Translations under genes and position numbers: made by a program
DNA from: Schmidtea polychroa
Lineage: Eukaryota
Direction of reading: 5' to 3'
Length of the DNA stretch: 64,000 nt
NCBI GenBank assembly: GCA_044892525.1
Contig: CM097888.1
Coordinates: 32,302,001 to 32,366,000, forward strand
Shown here: positions 8,814 to 20,245 of the stretch, piece by piece
How the letters are laid out: each line of letters opens with the position of its first letter
Position numbering within the stretch: the first letter of the stretch is position 1
The notes under the pieces: generated by a model
Databases searched by the model: none
The model's input: only the letters and a program-made list of their open reading frames with translations
What the model was told of the DNA's origin: nothing

Positions 8814-10110
8814 GCTGAAGGTGCGACTAAATTCTATGAAAAGATTGCTCTAGGAAAACCGTAGTTAGACAGTGATTGAAAAGACAGATGTATAAATGGA
8901 TGCATTTTTGACAATTCGCACGGTGATTGAGGAGGTCACGCTATTAGCTCATCGGTTCGTTTTCTTGAACTTTATCACATCTTAGTTATCGGAAAATAGT
9001 CATATAATTATTCAGTAAATTCGTCTAAAAATTGGTGTCATTTCATAACCTACATCACCTGAATGCATAATTTTACGAAAATTAGATCCTGTGACTTTCA
9101 GCTGCCAGAACTCCATAAATGTAGTCTATCGTATTTTTTCGCACATAATTAATAAATCGGTCGAGAGTACATATGGTAGCGAATCCCAAAAATTAATTAA
9201 TTCCAAAAATATTTACCGAACTACGAAATATCTCTAAATTCAATTCAACAAAATTTATTTTATACAAAGAAAAAACTAGTTCCATGCCATACCTTCCCCA
9301 GAGATCGAACAGGCAATGTCTAAGGCATAGTTGCGAAACTCACGAATCCAATGAGTAAAATCCAAATTTTCAGTGTAGTACCGAGAGGGGTCGAATGTAG
9401 TTTTCTTCATTACCTTCTTATTGATCGTCGGGAATTCCACTAAAAGTCCAATTTTTGAGTTTAACTTCATATTGAGAAACATCAGCAGTAGCAAGAGGAA
9501 ATCTACATAATCCACCGCACAATGAGTATCGGATAACATATGAGTAGCGGGATGTTGATGGAATTAGCAGCAAGTGCGATAGAAATCCAAAATTCATTTC
9601 AAGTAATAAACAACCACACGCAAATTCACATTGATACGGCAGACATACGAGAGTTCACATAACGCATGCACACCACACACTGACATGGAGAACATTCGCA
9701 TGAGAGACATGAGTCAATTCACAGGTAAATATCATCAGCAACAAACTCGGCCATATGTCATACTGATAGTAATTTTTCCTCTCTGCGAGATAATGACGGT
9801 GAAACATGTTAGATAGCAACTGGCCTGAGACTATTGTATTCAAGCTATCACTTCTCACATACTACTGGATAAAGATTTGGTCTAGACCAATTATGGAACA
9901 ATCACCAGATAATTATAACCCTGATTACGATCACAAATCGCACTCTTAAATTAGTTACAAATTATTTATGTTTTGGAAAATTAGAATGATTTAAATTAGG
10001 CTTACAGATAATACTAACAATTTCGTTCAGTAGCCCATTTAAATAATCGTAAGAATCTTCAACAAAGTACGATAACCAATGTATCAAAGTTTTCATTAAA
10101 CATCATTATA

Positions 10111-10112
<2 letters not shown>

Positions 10113-10157
<45 letters not shown>
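10113..10157. repeat. (ATT)n microsatellite
   Basis: Near-perfect trinucleotide tract. Confidence 0.95.
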
Positions 10158-10158
<1 letters not shown>

Positions 10159-10573
10159 TAATATTTTACTAAATATCATCGATCCTCAAACCACCACCTA
10201 TAATATCCTACGAGTGGGTGAAGGGGGCAAGAGCGTTGGGAAGGTCGTTAGCGTCGAGGTCGCGTAATTTTTGATCCTAAATGGAATTCCGGATTGGTAG
10301 GAGAAATTTTATGATCGGTAAAGGTATCCCTGAACCTGTATTAATCGAATTGCATTCGTCAAGTCAGTATAGTTCGGTTAGGTAAAGAATGTTATCCGTT
10401 AAACTCGTATTATTTAATGGAATTAAGTAATTTTGTACACAATTTAAATCGACGAGTAAGGACATTCATTGTTGTTTAGTGGCTGAATATCCACGGGCAG
10501 TCGATTATTCGTATTCCACGTATTTCTTCAACCATGTATATATTACGTCTTAACCTCATGCTTTATAGCGAGC

Positions 10574-11341
10574 ATGATACCAACTACCAAACCTGCGTTA
10601 CGTCCATGCTTCTCTTGTGCGGATAAAAACGCCATCATCAAAGATCTGCAAACCCAGATTGGACGGTACAAAAGGAAGATAGATGAGCTAGAAGGGACAT
10701 GGTTTAGTCCCGCTCGGATGAAAGAGATCCAAAAGAAGCTCGATCGTAGCGAACATTGCCGGGACGCGCTAATATCTGAGAGCCGTGCCCAAAGAAGTCT
10801 CATCAAAGAACAGTCAGAGGCACTGCACAAAGTCTACGTGCAGGCGACTACAACCCGGAAAATAGTGCAGATTCCTATGAGAGAGGCCGATAACATCTTT
10901 CCGCCTCATCACAACCCTTCCTCGAATCCATCTCCGCCGTTCAAGAGACCGTGTCGAGACTGCGTGGAAACCGAACTTTCACCTGGGCGACCGGACGTTG
11001 TCCTCACGAGTACTAGCAAGACTTCAGCTGCTAACATCTCTATACCCACTGCGCTTCAAACCACCACAACTACGAGCAAACCCAAGCGCAAACAATTATC
11101 GCGTGCGGAACGAAAGCGGAGGCAGCGTGAGCGTGCGTCCACCAAGCCAAGCCTCCTATCAATAGAAGACTCTACTGGCGGTGGTAGTTCTCGAATGTCC
11201 ATCGACTTGACAATAGGGGCCCCAGCGCGCATCATCTCGGCGGCTGGCGTGACATGGGAGGAAAATGCCTCCGAATTCTTTGATCTGGACGAGTTGCTCG
11301 CCGACACCGAATGGGAACATGAGATTCATGAAGTCCGTTAG
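10574..11341 (+). CDS. 255-aa protein: RPCxxC motif x2, coiled coil, basic NLS-like patch, acidic C-terminus
   Basis: GC-richer ORF preceded by tttatag; RPCFSC and RPCRDC; KPKRKQLSRAERKRRQRER; EFFDLDELLADTEWE. Confidence 0.65.
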   Translation: MIPTTKPALRPCFSCADKNAIIKDLQTQIGRYKRKIDELEGTWFSPARMKEIQKKLDRSEHCRDALISESRAQRSLIKEQSEALHKVYVQATTTRKIVQIPMREADNIFPPHHNPSSNPSPPFKRPCRDCVETELSPGRPDVVLTSTSKTSAANISIPTALQTTTTTSKPKRKQLSRAERKRRQRERASTKPSLLSIEDSTGGGSSRMSIDLTIGAPARIISAAGVTWEENASEFFDLDELLADTEWEHEIHEVR

Positions 11342-11574
11342 GAAGTCGTATCGCATTTATTGTGACATTTCTTTTTCTCCACGAATACTCGTGATGTGTA
11401 CGATTAACTCCTTGTGTATTAATATTGAATACTAATAAATTTCGTCGTTTACTTACTTCCGTTTATAAACTGTCAGATTTTAATTAAATAAGTTGAATAT
11501 AGCGTCTTCGAGAGTTAACGAATAATCCCCGATTTATCCTCGTGAAATTCTGGCAACCGGTGATGTAATGCAAT

Positions 11575-11843
11575 GGACGTAAGCCCTTCTATCGGCAGTC
11601 AGGAATGGAAAGTCGAGGCCTCAGCAAGGAGTAGTTTTAAGGCAGAAGCTCACCTGCTTGCTGGCGTCTCGCCTGCATAGTGCAGTACCAACGTGAAGTA
11701 ATTCACGGGCACTATGCTGGAGGAAAGTTATGTGGGGTTTCACTCCGGGTTGACAAAGCGGCGGCACATTTTATTCGAGATGGACAATCAACCCTTAGAC
11801 CAGACAATATGGTAGAGTAGTCAGCCGAGGTGTAACCCCAACA
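11575..11843 (+). ncRNA. Structured RNA motif, copy A (GGAC...CCTTCTA block, AGTACCAA-bulged stem, terminal stem, ends CCCCAACA)
   Basis: GCATAGTGC 11675-83 pairs with GCACTATGC 11709-17; bulge AGTACCAA; hairpin CGTGAA-GTAA-TTCACG. Blocks shared with copies at 34.8, 43.6 and 52.5 kb. Confidence 0.6.
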
Positions 11844-12071
11844 CTAATAATAATAATATTAATAATAAATAATAATAAAAAATATAATTACCGCCATAAA
11901 CCGAAATTTTATAAAAAATATATAAAATGAGATATATGGCCACCAATGTTTTATATAGTATTTATTTTAACAACAAAAATCAAAAAAATCAGAGAATTAT
12001 TTCTTTATTTTAAATAACAAATCACTTTTAAGATCATCGAATCTCTAATTAACGATTTACAGTCATTTATT

Positions 12072-12253
12072 NNNNNNNNNNNNNNNNNNNNNNNNNNNNN
12101 NNNNNNNNNNNNNNNNNNNNNNNNNNNNNNNNNNNNNNNNNNNNNNNNNNNNNNNNNNNNNNNNNNNNNNNNNNNNNNNNNNNNNNNNNNNNNNNNNNNN
12201 NNNNNNNNNNNNNNNNNNNNNNNNNNNNNNNNNNNNNNNNNNNNNNNNNNNNN
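12072..12253. other. Assembly gap (N run)
   Basis: Run of N. Confidence 1.
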
Positions 12254-14897
12254 AATAACTTGCAATTTATAAAAAATGAGCATATTATTTACAAAATAAA
12301 ACTAAGTTAATCGCATTTCACAGTTGTTACATGAATACCTTGCTCAAAATAATTATAATGATAATTAATAAACCGAAAGTAGTATAAAATAATTCATTAG
12401 CAAACAAAAAATAAAAATATTGCCCTAATAAAACGATTGGATTACATCTTGGACAAAATTAAAATTTCAGTTCGGCGCATTTGATTGCTATAAATCACAG
12501 AATTTCCTATGAATTATTTAACAGCTCGTCTACATCATAGTCCTGTGATGGTGCTTGATAATCGTCATTCACCACGAAGTAGTCGTGATTGTAAATATCT
12601 TCGAGGAAATTGTCAGAAATTGGTTCTTGTTTGGTGACAGATTTCTGAGCTTCTGAATTTATTAACTCGATTTTGCGGATTTTTACATGAGAGGTCTTCA
12701 TTTCACAATTTATTCTTAAATTTACAAAATAACAGTTAAATGAGCTCCAGAATATTGGAGGTTTATTATTTATGTATATGTTGAGATTTGTGGAAAGAAT
12801 TTTTGAAAAACAATCGATGAGAATTTCAGTCAGATTTCAATATAAAATCTCAAATTACAATCTCGAAATTTAAACTATACTAATTTCATTATACTTTAAT
12901 CTATATATTTCTTAATCTAATAATTATTTAGGAATCGATTTAATATTAATAAATAAATTGATTATTAAATTATTATTCAGTTCATTAATTCGGGCGCGTT
13001 TGAACACAAATAAATTCTAATCAAGTACAAACTGATCTCAGATTCGGTTTTATTTGATACGCATGCTTATTAGTATATGCAGCCAGAACCCCGGATCAAA
13101 TACAAAATACATCCGATTCTGCTTACATCTATCAAAATGATTAATAAGTTGACAATTCTAAGTTAATTGATCATTCTATGTAGCTGCAAAAGAATACAAC
13201 GTACAAATTTTTTACTTTACAGCAGATTCAATTTGGAAATCTTTACAATTAATATTACAGTTGAATACAGGACATTTTAATATTTCTTGTTATGTGGATA
13301 AATGCAACTACAAAAAGGAAATGAACACTGAATAATTAGAATCTTTATGAAATGTGTGCATATTGTTTGTTCATTATAGATCACCTTAAAGTAGCGTGAC
13401 CATTTGCTCATATTTACCCGGGATTTTTTTCAAAAATATATTCAGCAAATCAATTTTTTTAATCCAGATGAGCACAAGCAAAAGAAAGACTCCATGGAAC
13501 GAAAATATGGATTACTATTTTTAGTCACTTTCGCGAACAATCAACTCACTTGGTTAACATGGAAAGTACAGAGTTTGGATTTTCATTGCCAGGAACCTCG
13601 TGTGACGTAGAGAATTTTTTACTTTCATTTTTTACTTTCGAGTGTTGGAGGATGAGAAAAACAGATTTGATGTTAAAACTATAAGCGCTTTACTCACTAT
13701 TCAACACAACTCAGAGATAAATTGTACTTAATAAAAGGAAATGTTGAATTCTTATTCATAAGTTGTTATTCATAAGTATTTATTAAATTTTTTCATTTTG
13801 TCCCGTATAATTTTGAAAATCATCTGATCACGCTACCTTCAAGTAGCACCAAAATCATATACCAATTAAATCTTCGGTCAATGGCAACGATATCAAAGAA
13901 TTTCAACGACTGAAACGAAGGACCATTTTTAACTGAGAATTTAATTTGAGAACAGATTCATCATTGGAGTAAATTAATAACTGTTTCTTGAAAAGGGATA
14001 ACGGTTTTTGAATGAATCTTAAAATTCTAATGTGAGTAACAATAGAAACCAAACCGACGAATGAATATATTTACAATGAAGCATCTAAAGGACTGACTTT
14101 AACGGATGAGTCTAATGAGTTCACAAACCTATTTGTATATTTTCATGTGGTAATGAATGTTTCGATATAACTCAAAATTAATAAAAATTGAAAACGGGAA
14201 AATCAATATTTCAGTGACTATTGTTATAATAATTACATATCAAATAACTTTCATGTTACGGAGATTCCTAGACTGTTTAAACACAAGAAATTAAATCATT
14301 AATCATTGAGATTTTTCCAAACACAAATTTGCTATTTGATAACACGGAATTTATAAGAAACAACATTATCAATTTCTATTTATTTTCACCAGAGCAAAAT
14401 AGAGAGATTAAACTTATTTTTAAAATTTTCCTTTAATGCTACAAAATGTTATATAGAAAACGATTGTTATGTGTGTTATTCAATACAATTTCTATAACTT
14501 TTTTAATTAATGAAATGGTTTTAGCCGTCGTTTTTGGCGATGGGTTAAGTCAGTGTTTTCCAATACGTAGGGCTTTCACTAAGATATCATTTTCTAATAC
14601 TAAAATCACCGTATATGCTTGTATGAATTTATTTTTCTCACATTAAATTTTTCTAACTTTCTATATTGTAGATCAATCGCATTTATCCCAATTTAAATAC
14701 GATCCATTTTACAAATTATCAGGATATTGCAGGCCATTTAAATTGTCTTATCGTTTTTCATAATCAAATCAAAACATTATATTCAAAGGAGCTGAATAAT
14801 CAAAATCTAATTAATCAAAAATCGGATGAAATAATTCAAATTACAACCGATAAATATTGAAATATAAAATCAATACTAACAATGTTGTTAAATTTAT

Positions 14898-15097
14898 GGG
14901 TAAACTGAAATATCCCCCCAAATTGTATTTTAATTGATTTTTAATATATTATATATATAGTCAGAGTTTGAGCAATATGAGCAATACCCTTGCGAGCCGG
15001 GACAGAATATCTTGTCGGATAAACTCTGACTATATATATAATATATTAAAAATCAATTAAAATACAATTTGGGGGGGGGGAATACTTCAGTTTACCC
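14898..15097. mobile_element. 200-bp MITE with long TIRs and 8-bp TSD (hAT-like)
   Basis: Arms GGGTAAACTGAA...GTCAGAGTT and their reverse complement (about 80 bp each); AAATTTAT duplicated at 14890-97 and 15098-105. Confidence 0.85.
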
Positions 15098-15479
15098 AAA
15101 TTTATTATTTAATACTAAAAAGAATTTCTTTTTTTCATTAAATATTTAAATGAAAAAAATGATTTTTATTTTTCCTTGGCAAGATTTTGAATTTCAGATC
15201 TAATGAATTTGGTTTTATTTGTAAAATAAATTTTTTTTGTTCTATTATTTTAAATAATTCAATATTGTGTAATTGTTTGGGAACTAATAGATACGCGCAA
15301 CAACAGCCAGGAAGTTCATCGAGTCCTTGGATATTAGTTGATAGGATAGAAATGGTGTTATTTTTATCCAAAAATATATTCTTATGGAGCTTTTGAGGGC
15401 AGCTGAGGAAAAAATGTACTGTATCACAAACGAAATATTTTCGATGTCTATTTTTCTAGGATTGATGTCACATTAAAAT

Positions 15480-16376
15480 GCTTGCTAAACCTCCACTTAC
15501 TGATGCTCATAAAATAACAATAATTAACTTAGTCGAAAATCATATTAATAACCACACTGAGTGGATCAAGATAATATTCTCAGATAAGAATATTTTATTT
15601 GGATGGTCCTGATGATTATAAATACTATTGGCATCATCTAAAGAATTCAAAAAAAATTTTTCTAAGAGAATTTGTGGTGGAGGATCAATTATGGTATGAG
15701 GTGTCATAATTTATGATAAAAACCTAGCTTTACCTGTGATTCCAACAACTCTTAATGGTGACAAGTACTATGATTTGATAAAAGAAGTAGTAGTTCCGTA
15801 TATCAAACTTCCAGAAAATATCAATGTCATCTTTGAACCTTGTCATCGAGCTAAAACTAGACTTAATAAGTTCAGTGAAGATGGATTAAAAGTGTTAGAG
15901 CGGCCAGCAAAATCTCCTAGTTTAAATTCAATAGAAAATTTATGGTCTCAATTATTCTTTAATGTGTACAGTAAATGAAAACAGTATAACAAAATATCTG
16001 AGTTTAAAAATGCAATATTGGATGCTTGGGAAAAGGTTGAAATAAAGTGTAAATAGATTTATTAATTCGATAACTAAAAGGTGCGTAGAAGTACTGGAAA
16101 ACTCAGAAACATCAATAAAATACTAATTTTGTACAATACGTTGTATAGTCTCTTGAATAAAAAGTTTGTACATTTTGTCCTATAGTTTTGAAACAGAATT
16201 TATTAGGCTAAATGCAATTTAGTAGTTAAAAATATACTAAAAACGGAAATTATAAATAAACAGTAATTTATTCATGTTTATTTAATATATCGTGCAATTA
16301 ATTTGTAATATAATTTGTGTTTGTATATAAAGCAAAAATAGGAAGTGTTCTGTACTTTTGAAACAGGATATATAAA
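15480..16376 (+). pseudogene. Degenerate Tc1/mariner transposase and right end
   Basis: Frame-broken motifs KPPLTDAH, W.KIIFSD, LDGPD, GGGSIMV, RPAKSPSLNSIENLW. Confidence 0.8.
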
Positions 16377-16379
16377 GGA

Positions 16380-16750
16380 CGATTGGGTTGGGTCCAATAT
16401 TTAACACTGAAAAGATCTCGTTTTGGTATAAAATGTTATTTCATGTATGAATCGAAATCTGACTATTTGTTTTCGTTCATAATCTACACAGGAAAGAACA
16501 CAGCTGTCACGGATAAGTATAAAGAAATGTATCTCAATCACATCTTAAGTAGTGATATCATTACTTGATCCTCTGGCTACAGACAATTTCTAAGCTTCGT
16601 CATAATTAAAACCGATAATAATGGAACCATGAGAATAAACAGACGTGAAAAACCTAAAGAAATTAAAAAAAGAGCTGAAGAAAGGAGAAATGATAGCTTC
16701 CAAAGAGGAAAGGTTATGGTTATTAAATAGTGTGACAAAAAAGAAAAATA
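16380..16750 (+). pseudogene. piggyBac (PGBD4-like) transposase fragment
   Basis: GWVQYLTLKRSRFGIKCYFMYESKSDYLFSFIIYTGK; GTMRINRREKP...FQRGKVMVIK. Confidence 0.8.
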
Positions 16751-17980
16751 TACACACCGACCTGAGATAAGGTCAAAAATTAAGGGTGACCGGGTTAAAT
16801 TTTAAATCAATGTTATTTAGAAGTGATTCCCAAACTTTTCAGTTTGGTGAATCAGTAGAAAAATTTACTTATTGCACCAGGAACCGGTGACAATATTATT
16901 AATGATTTTTCTTTTTATATGGCCTTAAATATGCCATGAAATTGATATAAATGCATGTTTATCCAATTTTATATTAGACTAACTTTTTTATACCGTTCCT
17001 TGTTCCCGGTCTGCGGACCACCAATTTAGGAAGGACTAATTAAGATCATTATCAATTGCGCTTTTGTCTATCTCTCTTTTCATTAATTGTCTATTTCCAT
17101 TTATATTAAAGATGTCCTATTTAACCTTTTTGTGGGGAAAATTATTTGTTCCATTTGGAAATGAATGCTGATCGGATATGAATTTTTTATAAACAATATA
17201 GAAATGTTACAATAATGAACTTTTATATGTGTATTATGATGATTTATTCACAATTTTCGGTTATCGGAAACCGTCTTCTTGTGGGTCCCAAAAGTTTAAT
17301 GTCACAGGTTTAATTTAATCCCATATCAAGTGATATATAATTCATTGAAATGATATATAACAAACTAATTCGTAAAATATAGGTCAACTCCCCTTGATAG
17401 ATTTACTTACAATGTAAATTGGGAAAGTATCTGTGATCAAAAAATTTGAATATCTGATAAGTAATTTTGTGAAAATGAATCACCGCTAGTAGTTCCTGGA
17501 TAAGATAATTTCAGATGGTTAAATTCTGAATTTACTATCTTCAAAAACACAGGTCAGTGGACAGAAATTCTACAAAAAAGCTTTTTGATGCAATATTAAA
17601 AATTAAACCAACAACTACGGATGTTGAAAGAGTATTTCCAGTATGTCCCAGTATGTTCCAGTATATAAAACTTTTTTAACTTTAGCCATTGTTTATAAAA
17701 ATTAACTGTATTAAAAAATTTCAACTTATTTTTTTAATCATATATTGCCACCGTTATTAAAATTTCATTAGCCATGAAAAAACAGTTAACCCATGTTTTT
17801 CAGAAACTTTTCTATGGAATTAGTTTGTAATCTGTACACGGTTAATGGCTTCCAGTCTTTATGTCTTACAACTTAATAGTTTTTGATAACAGTGAAGCCA
17901 AATCGAAGAGACAAACAACATTATATGAGTTTTTATAATAAAATCGTCAATTTAAGTCTAGTTTTCTTTATAAAAATAAA

Positions 17981-18063
17981 ACCCTCTCTAATAGGACCAC
18001 CTCTAGTAAAGACCACTTTTGGTCCGGAACCAAGGGTGGTCCTATTAGAGAGGTTTCACTGTA
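17981..18063. mobile_element. Pogo/Tigger-like terminal fragment with internal hairpin
   Basis: 18-bp inverted arms 17984-18001/18035-18052; terminus GAGGTTTCACTG-TA (reverse complement TA-CAGTGAAACCTC). Confidence 0.55.
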
Positions 18064-19562
18064 TATCGATTTTAGTGAAATAAATTTTTAAATTGTGTGA
18101 AACTTGTCACAGATAGTTATTCAAAAAAAACTTGGGAAATGTTCAATCCGGAAACTTACATTTTTATTAACCCGTGAAGTGTTTGCACACAGAGAGATGG
18201 TTACAAGCTTCCTGAACCGCGATTGATAGCGCTATTGCTTACAATTCCCATTAAATTCTTGGTGCGTTGAAAGTTTGTTAAGATTTAAAAAAATCAATTA
18301 TTCTGATTGTTACTACTTTAAATATACATAACAAATAAAATTGATTAATGGCTAAAAAAGTAAATAACATGAATTAATTAATAAATTATCACAGGTTTCA
18401 ATATTGTTGTTTTTAAGATTTTATTTGGTGGAGCAAATATGGAGCAAATGAAAACATGTGCTATAAATTAATTTAGCACTTTTTACATTATTTCTACGTG
18501 AGGAAAAATTTTGAAAATATTTTAATCCTTTTACTGAAAATATTGATATATGCATCTGGAAAACGAGAAAATTAATATAGACAATCAAAAGTACATCAAA
18601 ATGAGTGCGGAAAGATGATTTAAACTTTTGTAATTGATAGGATTGCTACAAACTAAGGAAATATAATGCGGGTGTTCATATAACTCCATGGTGGAATATG
18701 AGCGGATGGGGGGGGGGGGGGGGTTGGAGAGGAAATTAGAGATATTTTCATATTGAATGTTCATTTAAGACATGTTGGTTATTGTTATAACGTAGTAACG
18801 AAAATAGAGATGATGTTCATGTGACTGTTAAATTAAAAACCACGAAACCGGTTTAACAAAGTCAATTTCAAAATAGTTGTTTCTCTATTTAAATTAGTTT
18901 TTTTTTCACAAATTGACGTGTTATTTGTCAATTGTTATTACTTTAAATAATATTTAAGTTGGGGAGGTATCATGTAAATGTACCGAAATACTTCTAAAAA
19001 AATAAAAATCAACAACAATTAAGTAAATAAAAATTATTTGTAGACTGGGGAATGTTTATGTGTCTATAAGCCAAAATATAAATCTTTCGAGTATATTTAT
19101 GCATATAGATTAGAAATAAATATTATTGGAATTTTATTATTATTTTATTCGTTTTATTATGAATATTAATTAATTAAACAAGTTACTGAAATATACTGCA
19201 AATGTTACATGTGAAACTTACACTGATTCCAATTGACTGTTGCTGGCAACGGATTTGTGCGATGCCGGTGCTAATGCCAGTAAATTACGTTTTATTGGAG
19301 CGCTGTAAAGTAGAGCATTTTTCAGATTTTCAGGAAAGTATCCCGACAATGAACCATAAATCTGAAAGTTCAAAATAAATCTATTTTATACTTATTGGAA
19401 AAATATAAGTTCAATTCATTAAAAAGTCAAACTTAATTATATAACAATACTAAATGATGATGAATCATAGCTTAGAATAACATTGCACTATCAGCAAAAT
19501 AATTGATGTCACTTGAAAGTCTTATTATAGAAAAAATTTTTTAAACAAAAATTGAATAAAAT

Positions 19563-20245
19563 TTATTGGCATGTTAAATACCTCAATATAAAAATAATAA
19601 TAATAAATACTTCATTTATCCAACTGGATTGTGTTTCCATCTGAATTCTGAAATCTTTTAATTCATTTTTCATTAGATCATTTTGCCTTTCTAAGTCGAG
19701 TATTTTATTCATTTTAATTTCATCTCTATTTCTCAAGTGACGAAATGCTGATTTTAATAAACATAATTCATATTTAAATGGATCACCCTGATTTTCTGAA
19801 ATATCTGGATTAACTGATATCTTCCTTTGTATTTTAAATAATAAGTCATGTCTATTTCTGACAAAATGGGGATGACTCCATTCAGAATCATCACAACTAC
19901 CTTTATTAGAATTAGTTCCTAATTCAATACGATTGATTTTATGAAATCCATCTAAAAAATATTTTGCATTATCTATAATTAATATATCCAATTACACATA
20001 TTCAACTGCCGAATGAAACTAAGCATGTTTTGATGTTTGAAAAGTAAAGGAAAATATTCTCTAGCCAATTGATGACCATCAGTAATAGAAAAACCTTTCC
20101 CGTCCTTAATTTGTGGAAATAAAAGTTTTCATTAGACAAATGTGTATACTTGATTCCAGTAAATAAGTTTGTCTGTTTTAGGTGAATCTACAAGCTTCCT
20201 TAGTTTCAATAAAAATTCGGGTATTTTTTGAGAATTATTATTCAT
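19563..20245 (-). CDS. HSF: Heat shock transcription factor (HSF DNA-binding domain plus HR-A-like coiled coil); spliced, 3' end uncertain
   Basis: Exons 20245-20150 (MNNNSQKIPEFLLKLRKLVDSPKTDKLIYWNQ), 20104-19996 (DGKGF...FKHQNMLSFIRQLNMY) and 19951 onward (GFHKI...EWSHPHFVRNRHDLLFKIQRK). GT-AG introns 20149-20105 (45 nt) and 19995-19952 (44 nt). Confidence 0.9.

Larger units (their letters stand above)
1..10100 (+). mobile_element. Putative 3' part of a giant retroelement or endogenous virus: accessory-gene cassette plus LTR-like region
   Basis: Six intronless co-oriented ORFs with short spacers and a strongly A/purine-rich plus strand unlike flanking host DNA, followed by an A-rich U3-like region with CCAAT/TATA boxes and a structured segment. 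No pol, integrase or capsid is visible, and the right boundary is uncertain (about 10.1 kb, or 11843). Confidence 0.55.

Noticed and set aside
12500-14300. Possible multi-exon host gene on the minus strand (terminal ORF 12507-12701)
   Set aside because: Coding-like patches and some GT-AG pairs exist, but I could not assemble a consistent frame or recognise a domain.
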